NCBI GenBank assembly: GCA_965242925.1
Contig: CBDEUM010000023.1
Coordinates: forward strand, 1-15,418
Direction: 5' to 3'
Length of the DNA stretch: 15,418 nucleotides
From: Roseibacillus sp.
Lineage (GTDB): Bacteria > Verrucomicrobiota > Verrucomicrobiia > Verrucomicrobiales > Akkermansiaceae
Of this stretch, positions 8,237 to 13,575 are shown piece by piece; the first letter of the stretch is position 1, and every line of letters begins with the position of its first letter. Under the pieces are notes generated by a model that was not told the DNA's origin, ran no database searches, and saw nothing but the letters and a program-made list of their open reading frames with translations. Both the position numbers and the translations under genes were made by a program.

Positions 8237-9010
8237 TTACCTCAAAGGCCCGGCAGGTCTCCCATCCGGCAGCGATTCTACTACATCGCCACTGCTGTTC
8301 CAGTAGTTGGCGATAATTATCTCCCCGCCCCGATAGGTGATTTCCTGTTGCTTCTGGCCGTTCTCATGCCAGCGCACCCACACTCCCTCCTGGTTGCCGA
8401 CGTTGTAGATTCCTGCAATCATGCTCTGGCCGTTAGGCCACGACTGCGCGAATGGGCCATGCAAGACGCCTTCGCGGTAGTTCCGCTCTCCCGCCTTCTC
8501 GCCATTCTCGTGCCATCCAATCCAGGCCCCGTTTGACTTGTTGTCCCTGAAGTTCCCCTCCAACGATCGCTGCCCGTTCTGGTGCCAACGCAGCGACAAT
8601 CCGTTTTTTCTACCGTTCTGCAACTGGTCCAGGCTTTGCACCCGGCCTTCGGAGGACACCTGTTTCACCCAACCCGTGTAGGCGGTCTGCTGATCCTTCT
8701 CGTAGTAGTTGCCATCATCCCGCAATTCGAGGGCCTGCCCTCCCGGAACCGCTTCCTCAAGAAGTCGGTCAACCTCACGCTCACTAAGCGATTTCTCCTT
8801 TGGTTCCGGCGCGGGCTCCCCCTTCGGTTCCGGTTCCGGCGCAGCTTCCTCCTTGGGCTCCGGCGCGGGCTCCTCCTTCGATTCCGGTTCCGGTGCAGGT
8901 TCAGGCTTGGTCTCCGGCTTCGCCCGGGACTTGGGTTCCTCCTTCGGTTGTTCCTTCTCCCCGCACCCGACGATCAACAGCGCGGCAAACAGCAGGAGGG
9001 CTTTCTTCAT
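8237..9010 (-). CDS. Lipoprotein with Pro/Glu/Lys linker and MORN-variant (MORN_2, YwqK-like) repeats; the only intact family member (L4)
   Basis: Lipobox LIVGC; PEPK-rich linker; ~24-aa repeats WHxNGxK..GxxxG; C-terminal YWNSSG. Confidence 0.9.
   Translation of the reverse strand: MKKALLLFAALLIVGCGEKEQPKEEPKSRAKPETKPEPAPEPESKEEPAPEPKEEAAPEPEPKGEPAPEPKEKSLSEREVDRLLEEAVPGGQALELRDDGNYYEKDQQTAYTGWVKQVSSEGRVQSLDQLQNGRKNGLSLRWHQNGQRSLEGNFRDNKSNGAWIGWHENGEKAGERNYREGVLHGPFAQSWPNGQSMIAGIYNVGNQEGVWVRWHENGQKQQEITYRGGEIIIANYWNSSGDVVESLPDGRPAGPLR
8790..8955 (-). repeat. Coding low-complexity tandem repeat (EPAPEPK-type)
   Basis: Repeated ggttccggcgcgggctcc / ggttccggttccgg units encoding PEPAPEPESKEEPAPEPKEEAAPEPEPKGEPAPEPK. 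Confidence 0.8.
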
Positions 9011-9057
9011 TCCTGATACCTACCTGCCCCAGGCGCAGGGGACAAGCGGGGAGAGGG
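9011..9057 (-). promoter_or_regulatory. Element C copy
   Basis: Minus strand TTGTCC-N17-TAGGTA then tcagga-ATG; similar to the 3975 and 11679 copies. Confidence 0.6.
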
Positions 9058-9060
9058 TAG

Positions 9061-9088
9061 CCACGCGGATCGGAGCGGGGTGAGGTTA
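9061..9088. repeat. Element A, right half
   Basis: ccacgcggatcggagcggggtgaggtta; broken near the hairpin loop and joined to element C. Confidence 0.8.
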
Positions 9089-9157
9089 CTTCTTGGCTTC
9101 TTCCGCCGTCTCAACCTCTTCGCCTTTACTGTTCCAGAATTTCGCGGAGATCAGTGT
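9086..9157 (-). pseudogene. C-terminal-only fragment (L5) of the lipoprotein family
   Basis: TLISAKFWNSKGEEVETAEEAKK*; element B lies about 20 nt upstream; no family N-terminus. Confidence 0.75.
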
Positions 9158-9176
9158 CGCTGACCTGCTCGAAAAG

Positions 9177-9248
9177 TTGCACCCCCACCTTCCCCGGTTC
9201 CTCAGCCTCCAGGAACCCCGGCCTGAGAAAGCAATTTACTTAGCAATA
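9177..9248 (+). repeat. Element B, full copy
   Basis: ttgcacccccaccttccccGGTTCCTcagcctccAGGAACCccggcctgagaaagcaatttacttagcaata. Confidence 0.85.
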
Positions 9249-9331
9249 GCAATCGACTCCACGGAACAGCTGAGCGAGGTCTGAGTCGGCAGAAATAGCG
9301 AGGCGGGCCTGCGGATCTCGATCACATTGGT

Positions 9332-9461
9332 GGCAGTTCGAGAAGGATTGTAATCATTCGTGTCCGATAATCTGCGATACCGCGATGTTTTCTTGCGGCA
9401 GTTCGAGAAGGATTGTAATCATTCGTGTCCGATAATCTGCGATACCGCGATGTTTTCTTGC
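9332..9461. repeat. Perfect 65-bp tandem duplication
   Basis: 9332-9396 is identical to 9397-9461 (ggcagttcgagaaggattg...gttttcttgc). Confidence 0.95.
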
Positions 9462-9641
9462 CCGAATATTCCACCGGTGGGACAGGAACGCCGGCGTTGT
9501 CAGGGTGTCACCTCATCGTGCGTAAGCCTCCTTCTCCAAATGCGGAAATTGGCTTGCCGCCTATCGGGCTCTTTACCCATGCTAAGAGTTGGTGTCGCGT
9601 TGCGACGGGACCGGGGAAATAACACTCGAGAAACCCTGCTC

Positions 9642-11093
9642 ATGAAAACGACATTTGGAACAACGACGATCTCGGCGACTGCGATTTGGCTCCTTCACAC
9701 CCTGGCACCGGCCGTCATTGTGGGATTCGAGGCGGAATCGGGAAGCACACCGACCGGGGTTAGCTACCGGGTGCAAAGTGACCCCGGCGCCTTGGGGGGC
9801 CAGTACATCGATACCGACCATCGGGACGCGAAGGATCCCTTTGGCGATTTCGCCGTCTTCCGCCAGTACTCGGTCACCCTCCCAGCGGGCACCTACGATC
9901 TCTGGGGACTGATCTACGCCCCGACGACGTTCAGCTATGACCCCAACTTCAGTGACGATCCGGATTCCAACAACGCGTTGGCTGCCTACGAGAGCGACAG
10001 CTTCTTCGTCCCCTTGACGTTTGGCGGCGATCCGGCCGTCGATCAAGACCGGGGGAACGGCTACGGGAGCTCCGGCCGGTTCGATGGCTCGGGCTCTCCG
10101 GCCAGGTCCAACGTCCATGATAATTGGGTGTGGATCAACCTGACCGACGGAACGGACCTCAACGGATTGGGCCCGAGTTCCGGCACGCTCGACAACGTGG
10201 CCTCCTACGCCACCGCTGGGGGCACGGAGAGCTTCACGCTCATGAGCCGGGAGGGAGGGCTGCGCCATGATTGCTTCGCCTTCGTGACGGACGGAGAACT
10301 GCCGACCGAGGAGGAACTGAATCTGGCGGTCCTCGAGTCGCCAACGAGGGGACCGATGCTTCTCAATGTGGAACGCTTCGGTCCGGGAGGCGAGTCCATC
10401 CGCATCACCTGGGACACCACTCCCGGCCGCAAATACGCCATCGATACCGGAACCGACTTGCAGAACTGGGACGTTGAGGTCGCGACCGAAATCGTGGCCA
10501 CGGCGGATACCACGGTCTACGAGGAACTGATTTCGAACCTTCCGCTCAACGGCCCGGAGGACTACTTCCGTGTGCGGCCCCTTGTTCCGCCGCCCGTCCT
10601 GATGGACGATTTCGAGAGCGGTCAGGGTGCATGGACCGTCGGGGTTGAGGACGCCACCGGCAACACCAACTGGGAGTTCGGAGCACCAAGCGGCGCCGTT
10701 CCGGGCGCCCCGGCGGCCGCCAACAGTGGAACCAATTGCTTTGGCACTAACCTGGCTGCGGCTTACGATGAGGACACGGAGATCTGGCTGCGATCCCCGG
10801 AGCTTGATCTCACCGGGGCGGCGGGGGCCACCCTCAGCTTTTTTCACTACCGCGACATCGAAGAAGGGTTCGACTCCGGGGCGGTGCGGGTCCTCGATGC
10901 CTCTGACAACTCGGAGCTTGGAGTGATGGGAGACGTCATTGACGGCTCCTCCGACGGGTGGGAGCAGTTCGCGAGGAGCCTTCCGCCAGCCGCCCTCGGC
11001 AAGGCGGTGGTCCTCGAATTCCGATTCCTCTCGGACGAGATCAATAACCTGGCGGGATGGTATATCGACGACGTGAAAGTAACCTTGCGGTGA
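9642..11093 (+). CDS. Secreted multidomain protein: CBM-like N-terminal domain, small beta linker domain, and C-terminal jelly-roll domain (cleaved-adhesin/MAM/InhA-associated type)
   Basis: Start moved to ATG 9642 (signal peptide ending ..LAPA). FEAESG..SREGGLRHD; ITWDTTPGRKYAI..DLQNW..YFRV; DDFESG..WEFGAP..LRSPELDL..GWYIDDV. Confidence 0.8.
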   Translation: MKTTFGTTTISATAIWLLHTLAPAVIVGFEAESGSTPTGVSYRVQSDPGALGGQYIDTDHRDAKDPFGDFAVFRQYSVTLPAGTYDLWGLIYAPTTFSYDPNFSDDPDSNNALAAYESDSFFVPLTFGGDPAVDQDRGNGYGSSGRFDGSGSPARSNVHDNWVWINLTDGTDLNGLGPSSGTLDNVASYATAGGTESFTLMSREGGLRHDCFAFVTDGELPTEEELNLAVLESPTRGPMLLNVERFGPGGESIRITWDTTPGRKYAIDTGTDLQNWDVEVATEIVATADTTVYEELISNLPLNGPEDYFRVRPLVPPPVLMDDFESGQGAWTVGVEDATGNTNWEFGAPSGAVPGAPAAANSGTNCFGTNLAAAYDEDTEIWLRSPELDLTGAAGATLSFFHYRDIEEGFDSGAVRVLDASDNSELGVMGDVIDGSSDGWEQFARSLPPAALGKAVVLEFRFLSDEINNLAGWYIDDVKVTLR

Positions 11094-11128
11094 GGGTTCG
11101 AGATTAGCTCAGGGAAAGCCTCGTTTCT

Positions 11129-11155
11129 GCGGATCGGGGCGGGGTGTGGTTAGTC
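11129..11155. repeat. Element A, right half
   Basis: gcggatcggggcggggtgtggttagtc, broken at the loop. Confidence 0.8.
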
Positions 11156-11164
11156 GAGGGCCTC

Positions 11165-11214
11165 GGGTCTCCCTACGAACCCGGCCTGAAAAAGCGATTT
11201 ACTAGCAGTAATTT
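11165..11214 (+). repeat. Element B, 3' variant (promoter-like)
   Basis: gggtctccctacgaacccggcCTGAAA-N17-TAATTT. Confidence 0.85.
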
Positions 11215-11313
11215 CAACCTTGTTAGCGTATGAGTGAGAAAGAAGCAGAGCTTGGAGACTTAAAGAAAAAATAAACCTCGCTTCTTCACTAAAAAAATTA
11301 AATTAGCCGCATA

Positions 11314-11631
11314 ATGAAAAATATAATCTCATCAATACTTGTAGTAGTAGGTTTGTCTTCCTGTGCAACAGATCATGCAGGGTGGCCTACAGGAAAACTC
11401 CTCTGGTCTACAAATCACATCTCAACCGACGATAGAGAAGTCCAACGGGTTGGCTTACAAATCTCAGTCGCTCAGCAACAAGGTTATGCCATCGGTTTTG
11501 GCGCAACTAGAGCTGGAGCCTTAGGTGATGCTGGGAAAAGTCTGCCGAAAGGAGCTATCAGGCTTAAAGTTTCCTACACTAAAGAAGGTAACAAGTGGAA
11601 ATGCACGATTAAGTACAAACCAAAGAAATAA
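11314..11631 (+). CDS. Small AT-rich lipoprotein of unknown function
   Basis: MKNIISSILVVVGLSSC lipobox; 105 aa; visibly AT-richer than its neighbours. Confidence 0.75.
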   Translation: MKNIISSILVVVGLSSCATDHAGWPTGKLLWSTNHISTDDREVQRVGLQISVAQQQGYAIGFGATRAGALGDAGKSLPKGAIRLKVSYTKEGNKWKCTIKYKPKK

Positions 11632-11666
11632 CTCACCCTGACTCAATCCACTCGGATTGGGGCGGG
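11629..11666. repeat. Element A copy overlapping the stop codon (TAAC)
   Basis: taactcaccctgactcaatcc-actc-ggattggggcggg. Confidence 0.8.
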
Positions 11667-11678
11667 ACAGCCATCACC

Positions 11679-11708
11679 CCCCAGGCGCAGGGGGCAAGTG
11701 GTCAGAGG
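11679..11708 (-). promoter_or_regulatory. Element C copy with no lipoprotein gene attached
   Basis: ccccaggcgcagggggcaagtggtcagagg matches 9027-9056 at 26/30 positions. Confidence 0.65.
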
Positions 11709-11793
11709 CTTTGATGTGGCATTTTCACCCGGCCGGTTTACCCTTCCAGGCCATGCAGCAGGCGTCGTTCAGGTGTATTTCCGCCCGGGCCCT

Positions 11794-11846
11794 GGGCCTC
11801 CCTACGAACCCGGCCTGAAAAAAAAGCGATTTACTAGCAGTGATCT
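11794..11846 (+). repeat. Element B, 3' variant; direct repeat of 11165-11209
   Basis: gggcctccctacgaacccggcctgaaaaaaaagcgatttactagcagt; one substitution and A8 instead of A5. Confidence 0.9.
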
Positions 11847-11865
11847 TCTATTTTATCCCTGAAGC

Positions 11866-12753
11866 ATGAAACCGCCTCCTCTCTACTGGATCAAGGTCAG
11901 GTCTGAAAGAGAGGATATCGACCTGAAGTGCTGGGGGTGGTCAGACACCAGCCTCGACGAGGCCCGGGAGAACGGTCAGAAGCGTTGCAAGCAGGCCCTC
12001 GCCCGGTGGGACGAAAACCATTCCCTGGACAAATATCCCTACGGGGTCTCGCGCCCTCTCCGGGAAAAAGCACTTGAACAATGGAATCAGGATGACGGGT
12101 CCCTGCAAGCTATCGTCACCATCAACGCTTACGGATGCAGGGTGCTCAATTGCGCTAACGTCATGTTCGTCGATGTCGATTTTGGAGAGCCTATGTGGGC
12201 GCGCGGAGTGAACCCGGGCTGCCTCCTCGGCTGGCTTTTCCCCAGACAAGACATTCGTAAAGACACTGAAGACAATCGTGAGGCCTTCAACGCGGAGAAG
12301 GAGGCAAGTGCCCTCGCCCGGCTCCAGGCTCTGGTCACTCGCGTTCCCGGGATCGGGGCACGGGCCTACCACACCAAGGCCGGCCTTCGTTATCTCATGA
12401 CCCATGCGCCCATGGACCCCCTGGCTGAAAACAGCTCCCAGATCATGGAGGAGCTTGATGCCGACCCCTACTACATCAAGTTATGCCGCGCCCAGAAGTC
12501 CTTCCGTGCTCGCCTCACCCCGAAGCCCTGGCGTTGCGGGCTTCCAAAGATACCCCACCGCTACCCGTGGGATGCCCAGCAGGAACACGAAGTAGAGAAC
12601 TGGATAGCGACCTATGAGGCCACCACGAGAGACTTTGCTAGCTGCAAGCTGATAGGGCACTACGGCAACCCGGAGATTCATCCCGAGATCACCAGAACCA
12701 TGGCCTTTCATGACAAAGTGACCAGGGCCGAGTCCGGGATTGCCTTGGCTTGA
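11866..12753 (+). CDS. Conserved hypothetical protein (295 aa)
   Basis: Long ORF with conserved-looking motifs MFVDVD, YHTKAGLRYL and DPYYIKLCRAQKSFRARLTPKPWRCG. Confidence 0.8.
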   Translation: MKPPPLYWIKVRSEREDIDLKCWGWSDTSLDEARENGQKRCKQALARWDENHSLDKYPYGVSRPLREKALEQWNQDDGSLQAIVTINAYGCRVLNCANVMFVDVDFGEPMWARGVNPGCLLGWLFPRQDIRKDTEDNREAFNAEKEASALARLQALVTRVPGIGARAYHTKAGLRYLMTHAPMDPLAENSSQIMEELDADPYYIKLCRAQKSFRARLTPKPWRCGLPKIPHRYPWDAQQEHEVENWIATYEATTRDFASCKLIGHYGNPEIHPEITRTMAFHDKVTRAESGIALA

Positions 12754-12788
12754 GCAACCATCTGGTCAACCCAGCATGCGCTTCCAAA

Positions 12789-12809
12789 TTGCACCCCCAC
12801 CTTCCCCGG
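12789..12809 (+). repeat. Element B, 5' part
   Basis: ttgcacccccaccttccccgg, identical to 9177-9197. Confidence 0.8.
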
Positions 12810-12890
12810 GCCACGGGAACCCTACAGGTCTCTCAGACCATCGAAAGGCCACATCACCCCGGGGAAAAAATACAAAAGGGGTGAAACCTA

Positions 12891-12930
12891 GGATAACCGA
12901 TTATTCCCTGACCCAATCCGCGCGGATCGG
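12891..12930. repeat. Element A, left arm and core
   Basis: ggataaccgattattccctgacccaatcc-gcgc-ggatcgg; matches the 3273 copy. Confidence 0.85.
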
Positions 12931-12986
12931 CTGCTAGGGAATCGCTTTTTCGGGCCGTGTTTCCTGGAGGCTGAGGAGCCGGGGAA
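12931..12986 (-). repeat. Element B in inverted orientation, fused directly to element A
   Basis: Reverse complement reads ttccccggctcctcagcctccaggaaacacggcccgaaaaagcgattccctagcag. Confidence 0.85.
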
Positions 12987-13155
12987 CCTGGCATGTGGCA
13001 TTGAAGGGGAATTGAGGAAACGCTTCTTCTGTAGGCTTAACCTCTTCACTCGGTGCCGTTGGCTTCTCACTGACCGACTCCGAACCTTTGGATGACGACT
13101 TCTCGCCACACCCCGCGACCAGTAGCGCGGCAAACAGCAGGACGAGAACCTTCAT
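12934..13155 (-). pseudogene. N-terminal-only lipoprotein-family member (L6) reading into element B
   Basis: MKVLVLLFAALLVAGCGEKSSSKGSES..PTEEA, then a tail PRLLSLQETRPEKAIP that is translated element B; no MORN repeats. Confidence 0.7.
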
Positions 13156-13195
13156 AGCACTGCGATTCCTAGCACAGCCGATGCGCGGGTGGCAA
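13156..13195 (-). promoter_or_regulatory. Element C variant
   Basis: Minus strand TTGCCA-N18-TAGGAA; the proximal 24 nt match the 3975 copy with one mismatch. Confidence 0.55.
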
Positions 13196-13368
13196 TGGTG
13201 CCACTGGGTAGACAGAGTTGGTGCCTCACTGATGCCTTTGGATCACGAAACTAGTAGCAGGTACCAATTAGAAAAATACTAGGCTTCTGGTAAAACTAAT
13301 TAGAAACACCACACATTGAATTGATTTGTTGAGAAGACCGTGCGCCGATAGGTTCGAGCTATGCAGGG

Positions 13369-13391
13369 CAATTTTCGCAAAGCGAAAATTG
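13369..13391. promoter_or_regulatory. Perfect 10-bp inverted repeat, candidate operator
   Basis: CAATTTTCGC-aaa-GCGAAAATTG upstream of the PQQ-propeller gene. Confidence 0.4.
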
Positions 13392-13575
13392 GGGTCCCCT
13401 AGTTGACGAGTTTCGGAACCTAGGCGTTCCAAATCCAGTTTTGCGCAGTTCTAATTTATTCGGTTGCGTTGATTTGCGGGTTTCGTTCATTGGATCTGGG
13501 GGCGCTTTCCTTGTGCCTGTGCTCCAGAATGACTATGCTCACGGCCAGACAGCAAAAAGCAAATACCTGTCACTA

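Noticed and set aside
8014..8316. 100-aa plus-strand ORF
   Set aside because: No recognisable motif; it crosses the terminator and overlaps the lipoprotein 3' end. At most a gene fragment.
8237..9010. Toxin-antitoxin module (YwqK label)
   Set aside because: It is a lipoprotein with MORN-variant repeats and has no adjacent toxin gene; the label reflects repeat similarity only.
21..9127. Diversity-generating retroelement (variable C-termini next to an invariant block)
   Set aside because: No reverse transcriptase in the window. Differences among copies are not restricted to adenine positions of any one template copy and include indels.
9360..9641. N-terminal extension of the 577-aa ORF
   Set aside because: It passes through the tandem duplication and is not protein-like; the signal peptide begins at ATG 9642.
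9582..10847. 421-aa minus-strand ORF
   Set aside because: Antisense shadow of the secreted protein in GC-rich DNA.
3273..12986. CRISPR array
   Set aside because: Repeats are dispersed over kilobases with genes between them; there is no regular spacer periodicity and no cas genes.
1..13195. Canonical integron or IS/MITE
   Set aside because: No intI, transposase, terminal inverted repeats with target duplication, or uniform cassette orientation. Kept only as an analogy.
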